Source of the DNA: Nemertoderma westbladi
Taxonomy: Eukaryota > Animalia > Xenacoelomorpha
DNA: 64,000 nt
Reading direction: 5' to 3'
NCBI GenBank assembly: GCA_032718475.1
Contig: JAUCBJ010008976.1
Coordinates: forward strand, 62,001-126,000
The notes under the pieces are model-generated. The model ran no database searches. It was not told where the DNA came from and saw only the letters and a program-made list of their open reading frames with translations. The position numbers and the translations under genes were made by a program. Shown here piece after piece: positions 23,601-34,101 of the stretch. Within the stretch, counting starts at the first letter, position 1. The number at the start of each line of letters is the position of its first letter.

Positions 23601-24687
23601 TGCAGTATATAGGGTTGGCTTTCAGAAACTGGGGAATACCAGTTACTCTGTCCACCGGAAAACTTAAATTCGAAAAATCAAACATGTTTAGGAAAGGAGT
23701 AAACGTTGAAATTCTACTAATATTATTTTGTTTTCTATCAATTTTCTTATAATTTGCGGCGGCTAATACTGCGTATTTAAAGCATTCCCCCAGCGGGCAG
23801 TCTACGCTTACGGTACATTTTTTATTTAATAATAATTTAGAATTATTGAAGCCTTGACCCTTTAAATAGGGGTTGCGTTGGGAACGCGCAATCTCAATAG
23901 TTATTCGCTCGATGGCTATTATGCGCCAACCCGAGCCGAGGCAGAGAAACACGCTTAACAGTTGATCGATACGATTGACGGCGCTAGAAAACCAGTTATT
24001 AAAGTCGCTATTATTCAGAATTTGATTATTGTTACCGCTAGATTTAAAACAGAATGATTCAATTTGAAATCCCTCGCTGGTTTCACGCTCCATTACGATG
24101 TTGATTGTAAGCCAGACTCTTAAAAAAGTTCCCATGGCACTACGTAAATGGCTACTAACGTGTTCTTGAATGTGTGGAAAATTTTCGTTTAATGTTAATT
24201 CTGCGTCGAGTCTTGTTTCTGCGAGGTCGTTGTTATAGGTAAACAGTCGTCCGTGTGCGCTTCCGTTGGAGGGTGGTTGAAATGGATTGTTTGGGGAAAT
24301 AGAATCTCGCGAAGTTGAAGGTTCATTATTGGAGCCGCCGCCGCCGACTTGTTCTGGAGTAGAGTTGATGGGGGATGAGTGGGAGGTAGTCGGAGTTTTG
24401 CGTTTCCGCGAAAAAAGTCGAGTGTAGCATTCATGCTCAGTAAAGGATGATAGGGTGAGCGAATCCCCGCAGCGGCAATCGGCTGGCTCGTTTACGTAAC
24501 TAAATCCTGTTCCCCCCTGAGGACACGAAACAAGATGGCCAACCAGTGTCTTCTTTTCCGAGGACCAAGTCGGGCAACAGTCGCATCTATATTGCGCGAA
24601 ATGAATTTTAATGTGGCGAGATAAATGATCACTCCGCATCTCTTTGTCGCAGATGGGGCAGCTAACTTTATTGGTAGACATAGGCAT
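20632..24687 (-). CDS. Protein-primed family B DNA polymerase (pPolB) with N-terminal C2H2 fingers and an inserted endonuclease VII-like domain
   Basis: ExoI YADIET, ExoII HNLRKFD, ExoIII Y...D; polymerase motifs DANNLYG, KLMNNALYGK, GDTDS, KPKVY and AKGV; EndoVII-like CYVC..RDHDHYSGEYRGAACVSCN. Uninterrupted 1351 aa. Confidence 0.97.
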   Translation of the reverse strand: MPMSTNKVSCPICDKEMRSDHLSRHIKIHFAQYRCDCCPTWSSEKKTLVGHLVSCPQGGTGFSYVNEPADCRCGDSLTLSSFTEHECYTRLFSRKRKTPTTSHSSPINSTPEQVGGGGSNNEPSTSRDSISPNNPFQPPSNGSAHGRLFTYNNDLAETRLDAELTLNENFPHIQEHVSSHLRSAMGTFLRVWLTINIVMERETSEGFQIESFCFKSSGNNNQILNNSDFNNWFSSAVNRIDQLLSVFLCLGSGWRIIAIERITIEIARSQRNPYLKGQGFNNSKLLLNKKCTVSVDCPLGECFKYAVLAAANYKKIDRKQNNISRISTFTPFLNMFDFSNLSFPVDRVTGIPQFLKANPIYCINLLYWSNTEELSILSQPDSAHCSGKTVLNLLFIEATSKNPAHYVAITNIDRLINTKATSTGNKTHCERCLRAFYTDKSLEEHRERCYTGKRQLEYMPENLLVKFDRYDKTLSPPFCIYADIETILEPTNNIKLPQKHIASAAAFYTVPNQKLINPPKTDVQIFRDDGSNHVMRDFLTAMESHCRELYDWSISSTNTHAPMQLTTSQQTDFNNATQCYVCNCNLTPDSHNLNLNDNLSTKVRDHDHYSGEYRGAACVSCNRKLSLKRNNFYIIFHNLRKFDMHLLLKEGMTDSSRTHWKMTVIPKNTETYIHLKVSFPIDPSTPTANAKESISINFLDSYQFMTASLDNLSSYLTKNNSNLATAIPHTLAQMTRLYPNISDNTIKNKGVFPYSYIQNISNLHETTLPPIESFYNDLKLEQCSAENYQRALTTWDELNCATIFDYMIGYLVLDVTLLADTFEQFRSLCLTNYGLEPVMYFTAPGLTYDAALKFTQSEIQLLSDASIYSDFETNIRGGLVFLNTHSVDANIPDKPDYDSSLPEKYLIPIDANNLYGCALSQKLPYANIKLVTTPIDLATVDASGDTGYYCIVDLHYPKEIHDLTADLPLGAEKMSVPKSFLSEYMEDLWEHYNLTDTATCRPYNDTCTKLLLHQFNKVEYGIHIKLLQLYLKLGLKLTQVHRVYSFSQKYIFKDYISFNTNKRQSANNPFEVLFYKLMNNALYGKCLQKVRDRVSFRLCNSDEQCDLLLAKPNHESFVVFTPNLSGHTFTKEAVCLNQGVFIGCTILDLSKLQMYDLFYNKLKPLEQKLDCQIRCLAGDTDSLMLSVTNTPQLTFLRAMFEGGFLDTSNYSTTHPLYTIKHKAALGFVKDESCGLQYKQWVFLKPKVYSFQSYDAPIKKTAKGVSRSVVAKQLTHEDYADCFENEAMLFRYNSTFTSRKHQIFTGHVYKKALTLWDTKSYWSSKYSSKPYGHYSTKLVRPAKRVVIPPTRI

Positions 24688-25189
24688 CTTGAATCTAGAA
24701 AAATAAGTTGATTATTCGTAAAAAAATAAAAAATACTGTATACTTGCTAAAAATAAAGTAAAACAGTAGGTATTAATCGGTTACTAGGCAACAATACTGT
24801 GTTTGTACAGTTAGGCCTATTGCTATATTGTAGCAATCAGTCAGTGAAACATAAAGCAGACAGTCGGCAGTGACTAGTGTGGTAGTGTTAGTGTACCAGC
24901 GGTCAGATAGTGGCGATAACCAAGACACAATAGCGATGGCAGTTATTATTCATGGAAAGAGGGTCTATAAACAGCAGTCAGTCAGTGCAGTAGTGCTAGT
25001 GAAAAGTCTGCCAGAAGTCAGACGTACCGGTAGCGTTAACCAATAGAAATCAACGATAGGCTTAGCTAATCGCTGTGTGAGAACTCAGTTAGTCAGTATG
25101 ATATATAGTGAAAACTGCAGTAATCATTGTTGATCAGTAGGATCTAGGCTAACTCGAATGATGCGGTACCGGTAGTTGGGTAGACAAGC

Positions 25190-26415
25190 AGATAGACAGA
25201 TGTAGGCCTATTGATCGAATGCTTCGATCACGGTTTAGGGTATCGCTTCCACCGCAGTCTGACAGTAATTAATAATGAGCCTACTGCAATACTGTTGTAT
25301 CGGTAGACATTAAAGGTGAATTGTTTGCTAGCGGCGTCGATGGAGATGGTGGAAGGCAGATTTTACTTACGGTATTAGTAAATATTCACGGAAAGAAGAA
25401 GTTTGGAAGTTCGGTGGCGATGAGGAAGTTGGTTGACGTGGACGACGAGAGAGTTTATTAATCGATAGAACGGAATGGTATCGGAAATTAGAAATATTAG
25501 AATATTACGCGACGGATACGCAGAAAGTTTGTTGTCGACGATGAGCGATAGCGCGGCGAAATGATACTAGAAAAATAAGATGATTATTTGTAAAAAGATA
25601 AAAAATACTGTAAGCAAATAGGCGGATGTAGGCCTATTGATCGAATGCTTCGATCATGGTTTAGGCTATCGGTACCACCACAGTCTGACAGTAATTAATA
25701 ATGAGCTTACTGCAATACTGTTGTATCGGTAGATAATAAATGTAAATTGTTTGCTACCGGCATCGATAGTACAGTCAGATGGTGGAAGGGAAGGCAGATT
25801 TTACTTACGGTATTAGTAAATATTCACGGAAAGATGAAGTTCAGAAGTTCGTGAGGAAGTTGGTTGACGTGGACGACGAGAGAGTTTATTTACCGATAGA
25901 ACGGAATGGTACCGATATCGGAAATTAGAAATATTGGAATATTACGCGGCGGATACGCGGAAAGTTTGTTGTCGACGATGAGTGTTAACGCGGCGAAATG
26001 ACACTAGAAAAATAAGTTTATTATTTGTAAAAAGATAAAAAATATTGTAAGCAGATAGGCGGATGTAAGCCTATTGATCGAATGCTTCGATCACGGTTTA
26101 GGCTATCGGTATCACCGCAGTCTGACAGTAATTAATAATGAGCCTACTGCAATACTGTTGTACCGGTAGACATTAAAGGTAAATTGTTTGCTAGCGGCGT
26201 CGATGGAGATGGTGGAAGGCAGATTTTACTTACGGTATTAGTAAATATTCACGGAAAGAAGAAGTTTGGAAGTTCGGTGGCGATGAGGAAGTTGGTTGAC
26301 GTGGACGACGAGAGAGTTTATTTACCGATAGAACGGAATGGTATCGGAAGAATATTACGCGGCGGATACGCGGAAAGTTTGTTATCGACGATGAGTGTTA
26401 ACGAGGCGAAATGAC
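25190..26415 (-). repeat. Three tandem ~430-bp units upstream of pPolB carrying splice donors, acceptors and a hairpin
   Basis: Units start near 25201, 25627 and 26064, each with a TGATCGAA-TGC-TTCGATCA palindrome. Minus-strand GTAAGT donors lie at 25365, 25803 and 26228, and TTTTTCTAG acceptors at 25567 and 26004. Confidence 0.85.
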
Positions 26416-26538
26416 AATAATACAACTCTACAAGTGGGTTGTTGACTGATGATAACAAATAAATATTCTTAATAAATAATATTAAAGTCGAAAACAAAAT
26501 AATGGTAAATGATGTTAATCGTAACTTGCATTTGAAAT

Positions 26539-26655
26539 AATGATGTAATATATTGGTGGGGACGTATTAAATAGCAATTCGGTTAGTAGGGGAGGCCCTT
26601 GTCTCTTAAATGAGCCAATCAGAACGCAGCAGCAGAAATGAAACCCGCTGATTGG
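26539..26655 (-). promoter_or_regulatory. Putative leftward Pol II promoter for the pPolB/TBP-like transcription unit
   Basis: CCAAT boxes (26615, 26651), minus-strand TATTTAATA (26565-26573) and a TCATT initiator ~30 bp downstream (26539-26543). Confidence 0.45.
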
Positions 26656-27285
26656 CTGTTCGCGCAAAAGCGGTAACCAGGGCAACTTCTCGTGTTGATT
26701 CTATATTAGAAAACCCCCGTAGACATCTTGACTAATTATGTTGAGTTGGCTGTATAACAGAAGCAGGTTTGGTGCAAAGGAAAGGGATTAGTAGAGAGGA
26801 ATGCGTGATTAGTGGCGCTTCATTGTTATGATAGCGGCTGCCTGGATATAGGAAAGGGACAAAGCGACGCCGGCTATAGTGGGAACAAAGGAGGGCCGCT
26901 TGAGCATTAGCCTTGGGCGATATACGGATTTGGTATAGTCAAGGCCGCATTGGGATTATTAGTGAGACATCGAGGGGGGGGGGGGGGGGGGGGGCTGCTA
27001 ACAGACGGGACTGCTCATTTATATTTGCCTTGGGGGTATACGTGTAGATTCACTGCCTGTTGTATCTAGTTAATGAATAATGAGGACAGAGGAGGGGCCC
27101 CCGCCGATGAACGTAGTTGATAGTTGCCGGGAATGTGGTGAACGGGGGATGCAATAGGTAATTATAAAGTTAAATATAGACATTATGTCATAGTGATCTC
27201 ATTGGTAATATAAAAACTACTTAATCTCTAAAAATAGAAATCAATGTATAAAGTAAAAGTTTATATAATTAATTAATTTAAAACA

Positions 27286-27736
27286 AAGTACAAATGAATA
27301 ATTAATTTAAAATTAAATACGAATAAATAAAGTAAAATAAAGTACAATTAATTAATTAAAATTAAATATAAATAAATAAGTATTAAAGAATAAAAGAGCT
27401 GCGGTGTCACTTATGACACCCTCTTGCTCCTCTCGGCGACACTTAGACAACACTGATGCCCATTGTGTGTCAGGGCGCTAATCAGTCTGATTAATTAGGA
27501 TAATCAATTAAACCCTAATTAGGAGTCATATGACACCTGTTAGGGTTTAATTGTAGTAATTAATTGATGACACCTTTCAATTAGGGTCTAATTAGCCTAA
27601 TTGGGAGGTGTCACCCAGACAGTCTGGCGCCAATGACACCCAATGACACCCATAGGGTGATAATTGGGTGTCATATGACATCCAATGGGTGTCAGTGGGG
27701 TCTAAGTGTCGCCGAGAGGACCAAGACCCTACTACT
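27286..27736 (-). repeat. Right terminal inverted repeat of the Polinton
   Basis: Reverse complement of 9081-9518. Confidence 0.95.
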
Positions 27737-29395
27737 AATTACCTTTCATATAAGCAAATATTGCAAAAAACTGTTAAGAAATATTATTTTTCGTGCAAAA
27801 AATGTCATTCTGAGATAATCGCATTCAAAGTTCAAACCTTCCCGCGCAAAACTACCTGTTTTGGTTATTCAGCACTTTAGATCTTTAGAGGACATTGTAT
27901 TGACCTGTACATGTAGTATAGTATGGGTGTATTATTATGTTGTAATGTCCCAGTGCAGTGGTGTGACTTTACATCAAGCCGTCATGGTTACAAACAATAG
28001 TTGGTATTATTATTAATTGCCTTACAGCCTGATAGGCCTACTGCATTACCAACCGGTAGCTAATAATAACCAGTAGCTATAAACTATCTTCCTCCTATCT
28101 TCCCCCTAGGAACTATTCGTCATTTCTTTACAATGGAGTATGAAAAATGATGTCGCTAATTCTAGAACATAAAAAATATATATCCCAAAACAAATAATAA
28201 ATGTGATAGTTAAAGTGTTCTTATTGTACGAAATAAGATTTTTGGAGTAATTTACAGTTACTTAATTTCTTAAATACTTAAATTTCTTAAATTTTATTAC
28301 AAGTGTTGAAAAAGCATCGAAGTAGAAAACGTTTGCAAGTGGGCCTACTGTAATTAGAGCAAAATCCATTCAAACCTTCAAAGTTATTATAAATTTAATG
28401 CGTGCACAGTGTATAGTAGGCCTACACCAAAAAATAAGTCAATATCCACTATTAGTTTATGTAGTTAAGCGGCTCTCTAGTTACCTAGTAAATATTAGAG
28501 AACACTAAATTATTTAACATTGAGTTAAGGCAGCATCAGGTGTTGAAGCCTACTAAAATTTGACTATGGAAGTAAAATGTTACAGTTCAAAACGCTGTTT
28601 CTTCTTTTATTAAAAAATTAAGCAACAAAAAAAGTACAAATGCAAATAAAATACAAAAAAAGAGGGCGTAAGGACCCGCAACAGTTTTATACGTTTATGT
28701 ATCAGAAAACATTTACTTGTATTCGTTATAGAGAACATGGACTCGTATTCATTTATTTAGTTAATTTGATCTCCATTTCTATTTAATACAAATAAATAAA
28801 GATTATTATTTAGCAATACAGTAGAATAAAATTACGAATTACATGGTAAAAATCTTAGAACATTTATTCAATATTGTCCCTTTATTAACATCGCTGGCGC
28901 TTGGTAAATAAAATAATGCCTTGAATATAGTGAAAAACGTTCACCTTTTTTCCCATGTAAAAAATAATTATTTTACATATTTCACTTTATCTAAAAAGAA
29001 GTATTATTTTTTTGTTTATATATTTGGCTCGTCCTAGTCGGTTCTCCACCTGAATCTTATTATCATAATTATTATCAGCCTAACCTAATGCTGCTGCAAT
29101 TTTGTTATATTGACCATTGCTGAATACTGATTACCTTTGTTTTTTGTTTTTCTATTTTTCTGACTTTATCTACGCTGTTCAAACCGGTACCGAATTAACG
29201 TTGTACATTAATTAATATTCATAGAGTATAAATGCAATCATGCAGTTCAATTAAAGGCACGAGCCTAGCAGTAGTAGTTTAGTTGTGGGGGGGGGGGGGG
29301 GGGGGGGCAACACATTCGCAAAATGTAATTGTTAATTGCGGGAACCTTCTAGTTAGTGGTGAATGGTGGGCCTATCATATTCATCAATTCGCTTA

Positions 29396-32300
29396 ATGCT
29401 GGTTTAGACGTACTGTACTGTAGTCACTTGTTGAGCAACTTGGCGTGCAACTCAGATTGCTATTCAAGTGGTTCCGTAAAAACAGGAAGTTGCTGTAAAA
29501 AAAGTTGCTGCGTTTAAACTGCGAACAAGTTAAGTCGCCTTGTTTAAACTGCGAACAAGTTAAGTTGCTGCATTTAAACTGCGAACAAGTTATAAGTTGC
29601 TGCGTTTAAACTGCGAACAAGTAAAAGTTGCAGCATCTAAACTGCGAACAAGTTAAGTTGCCTCGTCTAAATTGCGAACAAGTTATAAGTTGCTACGTTT
29701 AAACTGCGAACAAGTTATATATTGCTGCGTTTATACTGCGAACAAGATAAGTTGCTGCGTTTAAACTGCGAACAAGTAAAAGTTGCAGCATCTAAACTGC
29801 GAACAAGTTATAAGTTGCTGCGTTTAAACTGCGAACAAGTAAAAGTTGCAGCATCTAAACTGCGAACAAGTTATAAGTTGCTGCGTTTAAACTGCGAACA
29901 AGTTAAGTTGCCTCGTTTAAACAGCGATCAAGTTAAGTTGCTGCATTTAAACTGCGAACAAGTTATAAGTTGCTGCGTTTAAACTGCGAACAAGTAAAAG
30001 TTGCAGCATCTAAACTGCGAACAAGTTAAGTTGCCTCGTCTAAATTGCGAACAAGTTATAAGTTGCTACGTTTAAACTGCGAACAAGTTATATATTGCTG
30101 CGTTTATACTGCGAACAAGATAAGTTGCTGCGTTTAAACTGCGAACAAGTAAAAGTTGCAGCATCTAAACTGCGAACAAGTTATAAGTTGCTGCGTTTAA
30201 ACTGCGAACAAGTAAAAGTTGCAGCATCTAAACTGCGAACAAGTTATAAGTTGCTGCGTTTAAACTGCGAACAAGTAAAAGTTGCAGCATCTAAACTGCG
30301 AACAAGTTAAGGTGCCTCGTCTAAATTGCGAACAAGTTATAAGTTGCTACGTTTAAACTGCGAACAAGTTATATATTGCTGCGTTTATACTGCGAACAAG
30401 ATAAGTTGCTGCGTTTAAACTGTGAACAAGTTAAGTTGCCTCGTTTAAACTGCGAACAAGTTAAGTTGCTCCATTTAAACTGCGAACAAGTTATAAGTTG
30501 CTGCGTTTAAACTGCGAACAAGTTAAGTTACCTCGTCTAAACTGCGAACAAGATAACTTGCTGCGTTTAAACTGCGAACAAGTTAAGTTGCCTCGTTTAA
30601 ACTGCGAACGAGTTAAGTTGCTGCATTTAAACTGCGAACAAGTTATAAGTTGCTGCGTTTAAACTGCGAACAAGTTAAGTTGCCTCGTTTAAACTGCGAA
30701 CAAGTTAGGTTGCCTCGTTTAAACTGCGAACAAGTGAATTTGCTGCGTTTTAAACTACAAACAAGTTTAGTTGCAGTGTTTAAACTGCGAACAAGTTAAG
30801 TTGCTGCGTTTAAACTGCAAACAAGTTAAGTTGCCTCGTTTAAACTGCGAACGAGTTAAGTTGCTGCATTTAAACTGCGAACAAGTTATAAGTTGCTGCG
30901 TTTAAACTGCGAACAAGTTAAGTTGCTGCGTTTAAACTGCGAACAAGATAAGTTGCTGCGTTTAAACTGCGAACAAGTTAAGTTGCCTCGTCTAAACTGC
31001 GAACAAGATAACTTGCAGCGTTTAAATTACGAACAAGTGCATTTGCTGCGTTTTAAACTACAAACAAGTTTAGTTGCAGTGTTTAAACTGCGAACAAGTT
31101 AAGTTGCTGCGTTTAAACTGCGAACAAGATAAGTTGCTGCGTTTAAACTGCGAACAAGTTAAGTTGCCTCGTTTAAACTGCGAACGAGTTAAGTTGCTGC
31201 GTTTAAACTGCGAACAAGTTAAGTTACCTCGTCTAAACTGCGAACAAGATAACTTGCTGCGTTTAAACTGCGAACAAGTTAAGTTGCTGCGTTTAAACTG
31301 CGAACAAGATAACTTGCTGCGTTTAAACTACGAACAAGTGAATTTGCTGCGTTTTAAACTACGAACAAGTTAAGTTGCTGCGTTTTAAACTACAAACAAG
31401 TTTAGTTGCGTCGTTTAAACTGCGAACAAGTTAAGTTACCTCGTCTAAACTGCGAACAAGATAACTTGCTGCGTTTAAACTGCGAACAAGTTAAGTTGCT
31501 GCGTTTAAACTGCGAACAAGATAACTTGCTGCGTTTAAACTACGAACAAGTGAATTTGCTGCGTTTTAAACTACAAACAAGTTTAGTTGCAGTGTTTAAA
31601 CTGCGAACAAGTTGAGTTGCTGCGTTCAAACTGCGAACAAGATAACTTGCTGCGTTTAAACTGCGAACAAGTTAAGTTGCTGCGTTTAAACTGCGAACAA
31701 GATAACTTGCTGCGTTTAAACTGCGAACAAGTGAATTTGCTGCGTTTTAAACTACAAACAAGTTTAGTTGCAGTGTTTAAACTGCGAACAAGTTAAGTTG
31801 CTGCGTTTAAACTGCAAACAAGTTAAGTTGCCTCGTTTAAACTGCGAACGAGTTAAGTTGCTGCATTTAAACTGCGAACAAGTTATAAGTTGCTGCGTTT
31901 AAACTGCGAACAAGTTAAGTTGCCTCGTTTAAACTGCGAACAAGTTAAGTTACCTCGTCTAAACTGCGAACAAGATAACTTGCTGCGTTTAAACTACGAA
32001 CAAGTGAATTTGCTGCGTTTTAAACTACAAACAAGTTTAGTTGCAGTGTTTAAACTGCGAACAAGTTAAGTTGCTGCGTTTAAACTGCAAACAAGTTAAG
32101 TGGCCTCGTTTAAACTGCGAACGAGTTGAGTTGCTGCATTTAAACTGCGAACAAGTTATAAGTTGCTGCGTTTAAACTGCGAACAAGTTAAGTTGCCTCG
32201 TTTAAACTGCGAACAAGTTAAGTTGCTGCGTTTAAACTATGAACAAGTTAAGTTGCCTCGTTTAAACTGCGAAAAAGTTAAGTTGCCTCGTTTAAACTGC

Positions 32301-32453
32301 GAAAAAGTTAAGTTGCTGCGTTTAAACTGCGAACAAGTTAAGTTGCCTCGTTTAAACTGCGAACAAGTTAAGTTGCTGCATCTAAACTGCGAACGAGTTA
32401 AGTTTCTCAAATGACGTTGCTAGTTGCGTTGCCCACGACGTGTAAACCGGCCT
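29396..32453. mobile_element. MITE-like element (PIF/Harbinger-like TIRs) with an internal 30-bp satellite, copy 1
   Basis: Imperfect 16-bp TIR ATGCTGGTTTAGACGT / ACGTGTAAACCGGCCT (13/16 match), flanked by TTA / TGA. Confidence 0.55.
29502..32403. repeat. 30-bp satellite array GTTTAAACTGCGAACAAGTTAAGTTGCTGC (~95 units)
   Basis: Tandem 30-32 bp units with recurrent variants. Confidence 0.98.
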
Positions 32454-34101
32454 TGAAGTCGTTGCTATAGCTACTGTATACCGCTACGGAAACACATGAC
32501 ATTTGTTGAGGATTATTTATTTTCATTACTCCATTCTATCACATAGTCCTACATTGTTATTTATCGATGAGTACAGTTGTTTATCATTGGATCTACCCGA
32601 TGCATTAGAAGCGGTACATTTGAAGTGATTAAACTCACACACACATGTTGTGGATTATTTTTTCATTGCTTCTTCCTATCACATAGAGACGTTGTATTTT
32701 ATTGACAAAAGGCATAGTTATCATTTAGTCCTACATCTATTGCATACATTAAAGGGGGGCGGGGGGGGGGGGGGGATGGGCTATAACACATGTTGCAATT
32801 TATTATTGCGCGTAAGGCATTTAATGTGGTACCTAATATGGAGGAAGTTAATCACAATGAGACAGAAGTTATAAAGAAGGCGAATGATCGCTTGGTAAAA
32901 AGCTAAATGGGAGTATGAAAAATGATGTCGCTAATTCTAGAACATAAAAAATATATATCCCAAAACAAATAATAAATGTGGTAGTTAAAGTGTTCTTATT
33001 GTACTAAATAAGATTTTTGGAGTAATTTACAGTTACTTAATTTCTTAAATACTTAAATTTCTTAAATTTTATTACAAGTGTTGAAAAAGCATCGAAGTAG
33101 AAAACGTTTGCAAGTGGGCCTACTGTAATTAGAGCAAAATCCATTCAAACTTTAAAAGTTATTATAATTTTAATGCATGCACAGTGTACAGTAGGCCTGC
33201 ACCAAAAAATAAGTCAATATCCACTATTAGTTTATGTAGTTAAGCGGCTCTCTAGTTACCTAGTAAATATTAGAGAACACTAAATTATTTAACATTGAGT
33301 TAAGGCAGCATCAGGTGTTGAAGCCTACTAAAATTTGACTATGGAAGTAAAATGTTACAGTTCAAAACGCTGTTTCTTCTTAGATTAAAAAATTAAGCAA
33401 CAAAAAAGTACAAATTTAAGAATAAAATTACGAATTCCATGGTAAAAATCTTAGAACATTTATTCAATATTGTCCCTTTATTAACATCGCTGGCGCTTGG
33501 TAAATAAAATAATGCCTTGAATATAGTGAAAAACGTTCACCTTTTTTCCCATGTAAAAAATAATTATTTTACATAATTTCACTTTATCTAAAAATAAGTA
33601 TTATTTTTTTGTTTATATATTTGGCTCGTCCTAGTCGGTTCTCCACCTGAATCTTATTATCATAATTATTATCAGCCTAACCTAATGCTGCTGCAATTTT
33701 GTTATATTGGCCATTGCTGAATACTGATTACCTTTGTTTTTTGTTTTTCTATTTTTCTGACTTTATCTACGCTGTTCAAACCGGTACCGAATTAACGTTG
33801 TACATTAATTAATATTCATAGAGTATAAATGCAATCATGCAGTTCAATTAAAGGCACGAGCCTAGCAGTAGTATTTTAGTTGTGGGGGGGGGGGGGGGGG
33901 GGGGGGCAACACATTCGCAAAATGTAATTGTTAATTGCGGGAACCTTCTAGTTAGTGGTGAATGGTGGGCCTATCATATTCATCAATTCGCTTAATGCTG
34001 GTTTAGACGTACTGTACTGTAGTCACTTGTTGAGCAACTTGGCGTGCAACTCAGATTGCTATTCAAGTGGTTCCGTAAAAACAGGAAGTTGCTGTAAAAA
34101 A

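Larger units (their letters stand above)
9081..27736. mobile_element. Polinton/Maverick-type element, apparently non-autonomous (pPolB present; no visible integrase, ATPase, protease or capsid)
   Basis: Termini AGTAGTAGGG...CCCTACTACT, 6-bp TSD AATTAC (9075-9080 / 27737-27742), long TIRs and a pPolB ORF. Confidence 0.95.
28133..32909 (+). repeat. Tandem segmental duplication, copy 1 (no LTR insertions)
   Basis: Sequence from GGAGTATGAAAAATGATG (28135) recurs at 32910. The end of copy 1 (32400-32909) recurs at 54660-54925 plus 62624-62873. Confidence 0.93.
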
